Source: an uncultured Clostridia bacterium
GTDB taxonomy: Bacteria; Bacillota; Clostridia; Christensenellales; UBA1242
Direction of reading: 5' to 3'
Assembly (NCBI GenBank): GCA_944341445.1
Contig: CALVLZ010000003.1
Location: forward strand, 4,963-68,962
Length of the DNA stretch: 64,000 bases
The position numbers and the translations under genes are program-made. A model generated the notes under the pieces. The model had not been told where the DNA came from. It saw only the letters and a program-made list of their open reading frames with translations, and made no database searches. Positions 49,266-58,935 of this stretch are shown one piece after another (the stretch's first letter is position 1; every line of letters begins with the position of its first letter).

Positions 49266-51098
49266 TTAATTTTCAAGTATTGCTTTAATTCTTCTAACGC
49301 CAGCGCTACTACTTTCTTCTTTAACTATTTTAAAGTGTCCTAACTCGCTAGTGTTTTTCACGTGTGGTCCACCGCAAAATTCTTTGTCATAATTTCCAAT
49401 TGTGTAAATTGAAACAACATCGCCATATTTATCATTAAATATGCCAATTGCACCGCTTTTTCTTGCTTCTTCTAAAGGCATTTCTTCTCTAACAACATCA
49501 ACACCTTCTTTGATTATTGCATTAACATAATCTTCAATTTCTGTTAATTCTTCTTTCGTTAATTTTCTATCAAAATTAAAATCAAATCTTAAACGTTCAG
49601 CAGTGTTGTTGCTTCCTTTTTGCATAATGTTTTCACCAAAGAAATGTCTTAAAGCACCCAATAATAAATGTGTTGCAGTGTGATATTTTGTTTCCATTTC
49701 ACCTGTTCCGCTAAGGCCACCTTTAAACACACCACTTTGTGCTTTTGCTAGTTCCTTATGTTCTTCAAATGCGGCATTAAAACCTTCCACATCAACTTTA
49801 AAACCTTGTTCTTCTGCTAGTTCCATTGTAAATTCCAATGGGAATCCAAAAGTTTCATATAGTCTAAAAGCAGTTTTGCCATTTATAACATCTTCAACAA
49901 CGGCATCTGGGTTATTTGCCTTCATAAATTCTTTTTTTCTTTTAATTCCAGCAATAACTTTTTCAAATTCTTTTGTGCCTAAAACAAGCATTTTGTCAAA
50001 TTTATCATATTCTTTTTTAATTTCGCCACAAATATAGTCTTCTTTTTCAACTAAATTTGGATATGCTTCGTTATAAACAACTTCGATGAATATTTTTGCA
50101 ATGTCAACTAAACTATCAGAATTTATTCCAATTGTTTTTCCATATCTAATTGCACGTCTTAAAAGTCTTCTTAAAATGTAACCCGCACCTGTGTTAGATG
50201 GAACAATCCCATTAACATCTCCAATTAACATAACTGCAGTTCTAATATGGTCTGCAACAATTCTCATCGCTTTTGTTGATTCTTTTTCTGAATCATATTT
50301 TTTGCCACAAGTTTTTTCCATATATGAAATAACATCACTAAACAAGTCTGTTTTATATCCATCTGTTAAACCGTTTAAAAACATTAACATTCTTTCAAAA
50401 CCAAAACCTGTGTCAACATTTTTATTTTCTAATTCTTCATATTTGTTATTTGGCAATTTTTTATATTGCATATAAACATCGTTACCAATTTCAACAAATC
50501 TTCCGCAACTGCAATTAATATCGCAAGTATCACAACAAGGATTATCGTGCAAAGGATAGAACCATTCGTTATCTGGTCCACAAGGTGTTCCAACAGTTCC
50601 TTCAAGTTCCCACCAATTATTAGATTTATCTAAAAAGAAAACATTTTCTTTTTTAATTCCTAAATCATACAATAAATTTGCAGTTTCATTATCTCTTGGC
50701 ACACTATCGTTGCCTTCAAAAACTGTTGCGCAAATTTTATCTTTATCTAATCCAAACACTTTTGTTAGTAATTCAAAAGTCCATGCAGTTTTTTCTTTTT
50801 TAAAGTAATCTCCTAAACTCCAGTTGCCCATCATTTCAAAAAATGTGAAGTGTGTTGGGTCTCCAACACTATCAATATCAACAGTTCTAACACAGCCTTG
50901 AACATTGCAAAGCCTTTTACCTTTTGGGTGTTTCTCGCCTAATAGATATGGCATTAAAGGTTGCATTCCTGCAACGTTAAACATAACCCCTGTTGTTCCA
51001 TCTCCAATTAATGAAACAGCACCAATGTTAACATGGCCTTTTTCTTCGTAAAATTTTAACCAAGCATTTCTTAATTGCTTTGAAGTTAATTGTTTCAT
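49266..51098 (-). CDS. alaS: Alanyl-tRNA synthetase, short form (610 aa; no C-Ala domain)
   Basis: Class II AlaRS core (FNVAGMQPL, FFEMMGNWSLGDYFK, GFGFERM, GAGYILRRLLRRA) and editing-type motifs HTATHLL and CGGPHV. The protein ends ~35 aa after the latter. RBS aaggag. Confidence 0.85.
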   Translation of the reverse strand: MKQLTSKQLRNAWLKFYEEKGHVNIGAVSLIGDGTTGVMFNVAGMQPLMPYLLGEKHPKGKRLCNVQGCVRTVDIDSVGDPTHFTFFEMMGNWSLGDYFKKEKTAWTFELLTKVFGLDKDKICATVFEGNDSVPRDNETANLLYDLGIKKENVFFLDKSNNWWELEGTVGTPCGPDNEWFYPLHDNPCCDTCDINCSCGRFVEIGNDVYMQYKKLPNNKYEELENKNVDTGFGFERMLMFLNGLTDGYKTDLFSDVISYMEKTCGKKYDSEKESTKAMRIVADHIRTAVMLIGDVNGIVPSNTGAGYILRRLLRRAIRYGKTIGINSDSLVDIAKIFIEVVYNEAYPNLVEKEDYICGEIKKEYDKFDKMLVLGTKEFEKVIAGIKRKKEFMKANNPDAVVEDVINGKTAFRLYETFGFPLEFTMELAEEQGFKVDVEGFNAAFEEHKELAKAQSGVFKGGLSGTGEMETKYHTATHLLLGALRHFFGENIMQKGSNNTAERLRFDFNFDRKLTKEELTEIEDYVNAIIKEGVDVVREEMPLEEARKSGAIGIFNDKYGDVVSIYTIGNYDKEFCGGPHVKNTSELGHFKIVKEESSSAGVRRIKAILEN

Positions 51099-51126
51099 AA
51101 TTTCTCCTTAAATGCTTAAACCAAAA

Positions 51127-52785
51127 TTATTTATTAAATGAATCTTTTAATCCAACAGTGTTAATAAAAGTTGGTGTTTCATAATCAAATTTGCTATCTC
51201 TAATATAATAGCCATTTCTTAAAAATTGCATTGGTGTTCCGTTTGGAATTTGCAAAATGAAAGGTTCTGCAACTGCTTTTTTATAAACAGTTCTACTTTC
51301 TTTATCGAAAACTTCTTCCAAATTATCACCATTAAATTCTGCATCTTGTTTAATAACAGGTTTTAAATTGTGGATATCAATTTTAACAGCTTCACTTTCA
51401 GAAACCCAATGAATTGTTCCTTTAACTTTTAAACCACTTGTATCATTCCCGCTTTTGCTGTTTTCAACATAAGAGCATTCCAAACAAACAATGTTGCCTT
51501 TTTTATCTTTAACAACTTTATCACATTTAATAATGTATGCTCCTTTAAGTCTGACATAACCGTTAGGTGTTAAACGGAAATATTTTGCAGGTGGGTTTTC
51601 GTTAAAGTCATCTCTATCAATAAATATTTCTCTAGTGAATGTGCAACTATGATTTCCTAATTTTTTGTCGTTAGGATTGTTATCAATTGCAACAAGTTCT
51701 GTTCTGCCAATTGGATAATTAGTTATTAAAACTTTAATTGGGTCAACAACAGCCATAACACGTGTTGCAGTTTTATTTAACTCTTCTCTAACGCACGCTT
51801 CTAAATATGAATATTCAACAACGCTATCTGCTTTTGCAACGCCAACTCTTGTAACAAAATCAACAATTGCTTTTGCTGGATATCCACGTCTTCTCATACC
51901 TTTAATTGTTAAAAGTCTTGGGTCATCATATCCATCAACCCAACCATTGTTTACCATTTTGTTAATGTAACGTTTGCTTAATAATGCGCCCTCAACATTA
52001 AGTCTTGCAAACTCAACTTGTCTTGGTTTATGTTTTCCAACAAATCCTGCATTAGTAACAAACCAATCATATAAAGGTCTGTGGTCTTCAAATTCCATAG
52101 AACACAAAGAATGTGTAATGCCTTCTAACGCATCACTAATAGGATGAGCAAAATCATAAATTGGGTATATGCACCATTTATCACCTTTTCTAAAATGCTT
52201 TGCTCTGCAAATTCTATACATAATTGGGTCCCTCATATTAATGTTAGGGCTAGCCATATCAATTTTTGCACGCAAAGTTTTGCTTCCGTCTGGATATTTT
52301 CCAGCTTTCATTTCTTTAAACAATTTTAAATTTTCTTTAATGCTTCTGTTTCTGTATGGGCTGTTTTTACCAGGTGTTGTAAAATTACCACGATATTCAG
52401 AAATTTCAGCTGCAGAAAGGTCGCAAACATACGCAAGACCCTTCTTAATTAATTTAATTGCAATTTTATAAAGTTTGCCATAGTAATCACTGGCATATTT
52501 TAAATGCTTCCAATTAAAGCCAAGCCATTTAATATCTTCTTTAATGCTTTCAACATATTCAAAACTTTCTTTTTCTGGATTAGTATCATCCATTCTTAAA
52601 TTTGTGTAGCCACCAAATTTTTTAGCAGTGTTAAAATTAATTGTTATTGCTTTTGGGTGACCAATATGCAAGTAACCATTAGGTTCTGGTGGGAACCTTG
52701 TTATAATTTTTTTAAGTTTTAATTTTTTTATATCATCAACAATAATATCTTCAATAAAATTATTTGGTTCAACATTTTTAATCAT
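51127..52785 (-). CDS. glnS: Glutaminyl-tRNA synthetase
   Basis: RFPPEPNGYLHIGHPKA (HIGH), LLSKR (KMSKS equivalent), and the 552-aa GlnRS-type length with a C-terminal anticodon-binding beta-barrel region. Lies 28 nt upstream of alaS. Confidence 0.88.
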   Translation of the reverse strand: MIKNVEPNNFIEDIIVDDIKKLKLKKIITRFPPEPNGYLHIGHPKAITINFNTAKKFGGYTNLRMDDTNPEKESFEYVESIKEDIKWLGFNWKHLKYASDYYGKLYKIAIKLIKKGLAYVCDLSAAEISEYRGNFTTPGKNSPYRNRSIKENLKLFKEMKAGKYPDGSKTLRAKIDMASPNINMRDPIMYRICRAKHFRKGDKWCIYPIYDFAHPISDALEGITHSLCSMEFEDHRPLYDWFVTNAGFVGKHKPRQVEFARLNVEGALLSKRYINKMVNNGWVDGYDDPRLLTIKGMRRRGYPAKAIVDFVTRVGVAKADSVVEYSYLEACVREELNKTATRVMAVVDPIKVLITNYPIGRTELVAIDNNPNDKKLGNHSCTFTREIFIDRDDFNENPPAKYFRLTPNGYVRLKGAYIIKCDKVVKDKKGNIVCLECSYVENSKSGNDTSGLKVKGTIHWVSESEAVKIDIHNLKPVIKQDAEFNGDNLEEVFDKESRTVYKKAVAEPFILQIPNGTPMQFLRNGYYIRDSKFDYETPTFINTVGLKDSFNK

Positions 52786-52923
52786 AAATATTCCTCAAAA
52801 GTATTATAAAATTTAACAAATAAAGTAATGCGAAACTAAACACATTACTATATTATTTATACTAATAATTATATATAAATAAAGGCTTTTATGCAAGCAA
52901 TTAAATAACAAAATAATTGCAAT

Positions 52924-52948
52924 AAAAAACAAACTATAAAATAGTTTG
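52924..52948 (-). terminator. Terminator after dnaB
   Basis: Stem caaacta/tagtttg with a 5-nt loop, followed on the minus strand by T6. Confidence 0.5.
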
Positions 52949-52950
52949 CT

Positions 52951-54402
52951 TTAAAAAATATCTAATATATCACTCTCATCAATTGGCACAATTTCTGGCA
53001 AATTATCATCCGATTTTTTTGGCAATGGTGGAGCTGTTGCATCCAAACTCATTGCATCTGCAGCCTTGCCCAAATTAACGAAAGTTGTTGTGCTACCAAT
53101 CCATTTAACTTTTGCTGTGCCTTGTGGACCATTTCTGTGTTTTGCAACAATAATTTCCGCAATGTCTGCACCTTTTTCGTTTTCTGGAGAATCTTTATAC
53201 ATATCTGGTCTGTATATAAATAAAACAATGTCGGCATCTTGTTCTATTGCACCAGATTCACGCAAGTCTGATAAAACAGGTCTATGGTCTGCACGTTTTT
53301 CAACTTCACGAGACAATTGTGAAAGTAGTAAAACAGGAACATCCAATTCTTTTGCAACAATTTTTAATTTTCTTGAAATTTCAGAAACTTCGGTTTGTCT
53401 GTTATCGTTGGATTTTGAACCAGAAGTCATAAGTTGCAAGTAGTCAATCATAACAACGTCTAAGCCATGTTCTGCTTTTAATCTTCTGCACTTGCTTAAA
53501 ATATCCATTGGTGTGTTTAAAGAACTATCATCAACAAAAATTTTAGCTTTGCTTAATTTTTCGTTGGCAGCCCATAATGCACTCCATTCGTTAGAGTTTA
53601 ATTTGCCATCCATAGCCTTTTTCATATCAACATAAGCAACAGAACATAAAGAACGTTGTGCAAGTTGTGATTTTGGCATTTCAAGGTTGAAAATTGCACA
53701 AGTTGCATTCTTGTTTAATGCTAAATAGTTAACAATATTTAGAGCTAAAGATGATTTACCGCAACCAGGACGTGCCGCAATTAAAATTAAGTCTGTTCTG
53801 TGCAATCCGTTTAAAATTTTATCAAGCTCATATAAACCTGTTGGCATTCCAATAACACTTTCAGGGTCTTTTTCAATTGTGTGAAATTTATCAATAACTT
53901 CACCCAAACTATCTCTCATAATTGTTAAAGAACTAACATCTTCTTTTTCAGAAATATCAAAAATTGCTTTTTCAGCATATGAAATTGCATCTTCTTTTTC
54001 AGCACCATCAAAAGCAAATTTGCTAATATTGTTAGATGCTTCAATAAGTTTTCTTAAAACAGAATCTCTTTTAATAATTTCAACATAGTGATTATAGTTG
54101 CTTGCAGATGGAACAATGTTTGTTAATGTAACTAAATAATCAACACCACCAACACTTTCCATCATATTGTTTTTTTCAAGATTATCAGATAAAGTTACAA
54201 TATCAACCGGTTTGTTGCTTTGATAAACTTCATACATATTTTGAAAAATAATTTTATGTGCTTCAACATAAAAATCATTTTCTTTAATTTCATTTAAAAT
54301 GCTAAGTGCTGCGTTTTGATCTATAAACACACAGCCTAAAACACTTTGTTCTGCTTCCGTATTGTGAGGCATTATTCTTGCATTTGTATTACTTACTGCC
54401 AT
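52951..54402 (-). CDS. dnaB: Replicative DNA helicase DnaB
   Basis: HNTEAEQSVLG, Walker A ARPGCGKSS, IDYLQLM, SQLSREVE and ESGAIEQDAD. The ATG at 54402 is preferred (RBS ggtga 6 nt upstream); the ORF extends to 54411. Confidence 0.93.
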   Translation of the reverse strand: MAVSNTNARIMPHNTEAEQSVLGCVFIDQNAALSILNEIKENDFYVEAHKIIFQNMYEVYQSNKPVDIVTLSDNLEKNNMMESVGGVDYLVTLTNIVPSASNYNHYVEIIKRDSVLRKLIEASNNISKFAFDGAEKEDAISYAEKAIFDISEKEDVSSLTIMRDSLGEVIDKFHTIEKDPESVIGMPTGLYELDKILNGLHRTDLILIAARPGCGKSSLALNIVNYLALNKNATCAIFNLEMPKSQLAQRSLCSVAYVDMKKAMDGKLNSNEWSALWAANEKLSKAKIFVDDSSLNTPMDILSKCRRLKAEHGLDVVMIDYLQLMTSGSKSNDNRQTEVSEISRKLKIVAKELDVPVLLLSQLSREVEKRADHRPVLSDLRESGAIEQDADIVLFIYRPDMYKDSPENEKGADIAEIIVAKHRNGPQGTAKVKWIGSTTTFVNLGKAADAMSLDATAPPLPKKSDDNLPEIVPIDESDILDIF

Positions 54403-54421
54403 ATTTTTCACCTATTATTCT

Positions 54422-54895
54422 TTATTTTTCTTGTTCAGAATTTTCTTCTTTTTGTTCACTTTCTGTTTGTGTTTGCACCTTAACTCTTCCAGCGTTACTA
54501 TTAATTTTGTTAGAATTTTGCTTACGCTTTTTGCTTTTTTTATTAGATTTGTTATTTGATTTTTTATTGTTTAAATTTTGAACATTTTGAGAAACACTTT
54601 CGCCACTTAATTCTTTTGCTTTTTGTTCTCTTTCTCTTTGAATTTGAAGTTTTCTTCTCTCTTCGTTATATTGTTCAAGTTTAACTTTTCTGTAACTTAA
54701 AACAAGTTCACATATTCCAACAATAATCAAGCCAAAAACAACCATAATTGTTATTTTCCAACCATGTGAAACTTTATCCTCTAATAAATATGATAACCCA
54801 ATAAGCACAGGTAAAGCTATTAACAATATAACCCCATACTTAATAACATATTTTTTAACTTTTCTTTTATCAAAAATATATTCGTTGTTATTCAT
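54422..54895 (-). CDS. Small membrane protein with a K/N-rich C-terminal tail (157 aa)
   Basis: Two TM segments, then a low-complexity tail (NNKKSNNKSNKKSKKRKQ). Lies ~20 nt upstream of dnaB on the same strand. Confidence 0.5.
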   Translation of the reverse strand: MNNNEYIFDKRKVKKYVIKYGVILLIALPVLIGLSYLLEDKVSHGWKITIMVVFGLIIVGICELVLSYRKVKLEQYNEERRKLQIQREREQKAKELSGESVSQNVQNLNNKKSNNKSNKKSKKRKQNSNKINSNAGRVKVQTQTESEQKEENSEQEK

Positions 54896-54979
54896 TTAAA
54901 TTTTTCCTTTAACAATTTTATTAATTATAACAAACTATTACAAAAATTAAAAGTACTAATTTTAAAATAAATGTGTTAT

Positions 54980-55897
54980 TTAATTATTGTTTGCATGCTT
55001 TTTTGAAACAAATTTTTTAATAAGAAACAAAACTCCTATTAATAACAATGTTACCAAAATTGCAAGCACATACCAACTTACAGCATTTTGATAATATTTA
55101 ACAAAATAAAATTCTTCACTTAAATTTGTTTCATCTACATTCCAATAATGCAATTTTAAGTTAGGTGTTAATTCAACATAATCTGCATTGGAATAATATT
55201 GTGTATATTCATTTCCAAGCATTTGAATAAAATTAACTGTTCCTAAATTGTTGCTAACAAAGAAATTTCTAACAGTGTCGTAATAGCTAGAAAGGTTTCC
55301 ATCTTCACCTTTAAACAAGTTTGAAACCGCCAATTGTTGTTTTATAATAAATAAATTTTTTGAAGTTTCAACATTGCTAGAATTTGATTCATTACTATCA
55401 TCTGGCTCGTAGTTTATGCCATTAACATATAGATTCATAACATAAACACTATTAAAAGTTAAATTTGCTTCAACAGAATGTTCACCTTCTGTTACAACTG
55501 CATTAACTCCGTTTTTTATTGTTGCAATTTCTTCTGCACTAAATTTATCTGTTGCTTTTTCCACGTCACTTTTAAATTTAGCAACCTTTAGCGTGAACCT
55601 AATATTAAAATCTGTAACAAAAACTTTTTTTGCTTCTTCCACAGTTATACCCATATTTTCAAATTTGCTTTCATCAAAGTTAACATAAAAAGAATCTTCA
55701 ATTTTTATGTTGCTACCATCTGGATAAACAATATGTGAAGACACAAAAGTGTTTTCATTGTTTATTTTGTTAACAACACTTTTATCATCACCATTTTTAG
55801 AATTTATAATAGTGTTAGGAATAACCACAACAACTAAAATTAAAGCCACAAAAATTATGAAATTTATTAACGCAAAATTTTTTTTGTTCAATTGCAC
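54980..55897 (-). CDS. Hypothetical protein with N- and C-terminal TM segments (305 aa)
   Basis: GTG start with RBS aaggag. The hydrophobic termini flank a ~230-aa ectodomain. Confidence 0.5.
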   Translation of the reverse strand: MQLNKKNFALINFIIFVALILVVVVIPNTIINSKNGDDKSVVNKINNENTFVSSHIVYPDGSNIKIEDSFYVNFDESKFENMGITVEEAKKVFVTDFNIRFTLKVAKFKSDVEKATDKFSAEEIATIKNGVNAVVTEGEHSVEANLTFNSVYVMNLYVNGINYEPDDSNESNSSNVETSKNLFIIKQQLAVSNLFKGEDGNLSSYYDTVRNFFVSNNLGTVNFIQMLGNEYTQYYSNADYVELTPNLKLHYWNVDETNLSEEFYFVKYYQNAVSWYVLAILVTLLLIGVLFLIKKFVSKKHANNN

Positions 55898-56133
55898 AGA
55901 CTTTCTCCTTAACTAAACATAAATAGTATAATATAACTATTAAATTTAAACAAACAATATTCAAGTTTTAACTTTTAAAGTGTTAATAATACTATTTAAT
56001 GATAAGGTTACAGACACTTTAAAATTATTTATTTTTGTTGTATTTTATTTATTAATTGTGATATTATAATTTAAAATATAATATATTAATAATTTAGTTT
56101 GAAAAAAAATAAAAAAAGATTTATAATTAAGTT

Positions 56134-57024
56134 ATGATAAAAGTAGATAATAAAAATTACACAGGTAGAAAATATTTATTAACCAACCTTAGAGCTGACG
56201 AAAAAGCAATTATGAAGGCTGGTGGTTTTTTAAAGACTTTTGCTATATACAGCCCAATTAAAGATACTGTTACAAAAGTTTATTACGACACACCAGATGC
56301 ATATTTTCAAAGTATTGGCATAATAATTAATATTAACCAATATAAAGGCAAAGATAAGGCTGAATTAATTTTAAGGTATGATAGCCCAACTGAAAGAATT
56401 AATTTCTTAAATGATATCCCCGACACTTTTATTTTTAGAATTGATAAATTTAAAAAAATAAATTCTATGTATGAGGAGTTGGAAGATTATTTAATTCAAC
56501 TTTACCCAACAGGGTTTGGAACTGATATTAAAGATAAAATTAAAGCTTTAAAACCATATTTGGAAGTTAACAAAAAACGCAAACGTTACAAAGTTGTTAA
56601 TCCAAATGGTTTAAAAGTTATTATGAGTTTTGAAGAAAGCAAGTTTTACAATAGATTTAATGGAAACAACTCTGTTAAACTAGACGTTTTGGAATTAAGG
56701 TTAGATAGCGATTTTGCTAGAACTATAAAGTTATTCCAAAATTTTGAACACGAGTTAATTTTGCAAGACACTTCAATTATAAAATTAGAACATTCTGATT
56801 TGTTTATTGGCCAAGAATATTTAGGAATAAAATTGAATTTAACTGAAAGAGTTGGCAGTTTAAACACAACACAAAAATCTTTAAAATCAATTAAACAATT
56901 AAAAAGTGGTAAAACAGATATTAAAAGCACCAATAACAACAATCAAAACAAACAGACTTCAGAAAATGAAACCGAAAACACTAAACCAAAGAAAAAAGGT
57001 TTCTTCTCATTCTTTAAAAAATAA
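56134..57024 (+). CDS. Hypothetical protein (296 aa) with a K/N-rich tail
   Basis: Long ORF with a terminator directly downstream. There is only a weak CYTH-like resemblance (YYDTPDAYFQSIGI) and no ExExK signature. Confidence 0.55.
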   Translation: MIKVDNKNYTGRKYLLTNLRADEKAIMKAGGFLKTFAIYSPIKDTVTKVYYDTPDAYFQSIGIIININQYKGKDKAELILRYDSPTERINFLNDIPDTFIFRIDKFKKINSMYEELEDYLIQLYPTGFGTDIKDKIKALKPYLEVNKKRKRYKVVNPNGLKVIMSFEESKFYNRFNGNNSVKLDVLELRLDSDFARTIKLFQNFEHELILQDTSIIKLEHSDLFIGQEYLGIKLNLTERVGSLNTTQKSLKSIKQLKSGKTDIKSTNNNNQNKQTSENETENTKPKKKGFFSFFKK

Positions 57025-57025
57025 A

Positions 57026-57054
57026 AAAGAACTTTTGTTAAAGTTCTTTTTTTT
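57026..57054 (+). terminator. Rho-independent terminator
   Basis: 10-bp stem aaagaacttt/aaagttcttt with loop tgtt, then a T-run. Confidence 0.65.
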
Positions 57055-57182
57055 ACTAAAAAATAACATACAAAATTAAAATAAAATATTGCTTTTAAAA
57101 TTAAAAAAACATAAGTAAAAGATATTATATTTAATAATTAAAAAACGTTGATTAAATAATAATTTAATAAATTAAAAAGAAC

Positions 57183-57210
57183 AAAAAAAATTGCCAAACG
57201 GCAATTTTTT
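57183..57210. terminator. Terminator downstream of the orphan TasA-like gene
   Basis: Stem attgcc/ggcaat with loop aaac, flanked by A8 and T6 (bidirectional). Confidence 0.6.
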
Positions 57211-57222
57211 ATTTGTTATATA

Positions 57223-58026
57223 TTAAGCTTGTAAAGCAGCTTCTTCAAAAGCGTATTGAATTGCTTCAACAGTTAATGCTTCAGTATTGCTTGGATCATC
57301 TTCAACAGGAATCCATCCTTGAATTGCTTCAATATCTAATTTAATATTGATAACTTTTGATGCAACTTCGTTTGTCCAATCTGTAGGTATTTGCATACAG
57401 TTATCTTTAGTTTTAATTGGTTGTTCAGGATCATTACCTGTGTATTTTCCATCTCCCAAGATATAAGTATTAACAGCTTTTGAAGTACTATCAATTTTTA
57501 ATAAGTTTTCACCTTTAGTAACACTCGCTGCTGTTTTACCTTTTCCTAGATAATAGAAATAAGTATCTTTTTCTCCATCGCCACCAACTTGTAAATCAGT
57601 TACTTGATACCAACCATTAATGTTTGCAAGTCTTGCAATTTCTTTTTCAAATTGTGTTTTCATAGGATCGCCAAGAGATGCGCCTAAATCATCTGTTAAA
57701 GTAACTTTAAATCTCATGTATGCACCACTATTGCTTTTTGAAATTTGTGCTGCAACATCTGTGTGAATCCACATACCTGGTAACAAGTATCCTGTTGGAA
57801 TTGTGAATTTTAAAGCATTATTACTTGTTTCAAAAACATCTTCACCTTCGCCCTTTTGAACAAGATCAACTGTTACGGCTTCACCCATTGTTAATTTACT
57901 GCTTGCATTATCTTTGCTAGCAAACCAAGCGAATGTTCCAATTGTTGTGAAAGCAATTACTAATAAAACACTTAAGATTACAATTGCAATTGAACTTCCG
58001 CCAACCTTTTTTCTTAATTTTTCCAT
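57223..58026 (-). CDS. Secreted TasA/camelysin-like protein with SipW-type signal peptide (267 aa), orphan paralogue
   Basis: N-terminus ...TTIGTFAWFASKDNASSKLTMGEAVTVDL, then YLLPGMW, DTYFYYLGKG and terminal NIKLDIEAIQ. Closest to the 253-aa paralogue at 12473-13234. RBS aagaggga. Confidence 0.75.
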   Translation of the reverse strand: MEKLRKKVGGSSIAIVILSVLLVIAFTTIGTFAWFASKDNASSKLTMGEAVTVDLVQKGEGEDVFETSNNALKFTIPTGYLLPGMWIHTDVAAQISKSNSGAYMRFKVTLTDDLGASLGDPMKTQFEKEIARLANINGWYQVTDLQVGGDGEKDTYFYYLGKGKTAASVTKGENLLKIDSTSKAVNTYILGDGKYTGNDPEQPIKTKDNCMQIPTDWTNEVASKVINIKLDIEAIQGWIPVEDDPSNTEALTVEAIQYAFEEAALQA

Positions 58027-58056
58027 TTTTTATCCCTCTTAAAATTCATTTACTAT

Positions 58057-58085
58057 ATTATATAATTTAATTGAACTTAAATCAA
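58057..58085 (-). promoter_or_regulatory. Near-consensus sigma-A promoter of the orphan TasA-like gene
   Basis: Minus strand reads TTGATT (58085-58080), 17 nt, TATAAT (58062-58057), ~30 nt upstream of the ATG. Confidence 0.55.
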
Positions 58086-58188
58086 ACAAATTAAATAAAT
58101 TTTTTATTTTTTTTTATTATTTGTTTTTATAATATTATTTTGTATTTTTTTTAATTTATTATTCACACAAAAAAAATGTGCCAATTTC

Positions 58189-58851
58189 CTATTTTTGGCA
58201 CATTTTTAAATATTCGTTTAATAATTGTTGTTGGTTGTTTAAAGTTGCAAGCATTATAAACAATTGGCGATTTATTGTGTTAATTGCAACAGAATTATTA
58301 AGCAACAATATGTAACTTTTGGCGCTTTTTAGCGTGTTATTTGCTTTAACAACGTAACTACAAAAAGCTTCAGTTGGCACATTTGCTAAATTTTCCGCAT
58401 TTAAGTTTGTGCTTTTCCCACCCAAACTTTTATAAATATTTAACATAACTGCAGATAATATTTGAATTTGGCTTTTTGCGTTTTTAAATTCATTTTTAGT
58501 GATTTCTGTTTTTGCGTTATCAATAATTTTATTGTAATAATTAATTAATGTTATAAGTTTAATATAAGCCATTCTTGCAAAATAAACAGATTTTTTTTGT
58601 GACATATTAACTTCATTTGGAACTCTTGAAATATTTAAAAGTTCAGAATTTTCTGAATTCAATGTTTCCATTAAATCTATTTCGTTAACAGTGGTTAAAA
58701 TGGTTTCATTTGTTAAACCTTCCTTAAACGCAGTTAAAAAATCAAGAGTTCTAACTTCTTCATCTTCTGCCTGCAACAAACTAAAAGTTTCTAAAATATA
58801 ATTATTGCTATTATCGTTTTTTATATTATTTCTATAATTAAAATTAAACAT
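58189..58851 (-). CDS. Hypothetical helical protein (220 aa)
   Basis: Long ORF. A hairpin (aatgtgccaa/ttggcacatt) plus T-run overlaps its stop codon. No family recognised. Confidence 0.55.
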   Translation of the reverse strand: MFNFNYRNNIKNDNSNNYILETFSLLQAEDEEVRTLDFLTAFKEGLTNETILTTVNEIDLMETLNSENSELLNISRVPNEVNMSQKKSVYFARMAYIKLITLINYYNKIIDNAKTEITKNEFKNAKSQIQILSAVMLNIYKSLGGKSTNLNAENLANVPTEAFCSYVVKANNTLKSAKSYILLLNNSVAINTINRQLFIMLATLNNQQQLLNEYLKMCQK

Positions 58852-58935
58852 TTTTGCTCCTAAACATTTTTAAATATTTATGATTTTGTTTAATTTTAAT
58901 GTTACAAAGCAAAAAAAATAAAAGGTGTTAACCTT

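Noticed and set aside
52786-52950. T-box riboswitch leaders upstream of the aminoacyl-tRNA synthetase genes (glnS-alaS at 52786-52950; leuS at 41516-41686).
   Set aside because: The leaders are short (about 165-170 nt including promoter). I could not find the conserved T-box sequence (…GGTGGTACCGCG-like) or a specifier/terminator-antiterminator arrangement.
56134-57024. CYTH-domain (triphosphate tunnel) assignment for the 296-aa protein, based on YYDTPDAYFQSIGI and LELRL-like strands.
   Set aside because: The defining N-terminal ExExK motif is absent (the N-terminus reads YTGRKYLL), and the resemblance is limited to a few residues. It is left as hypothetical.
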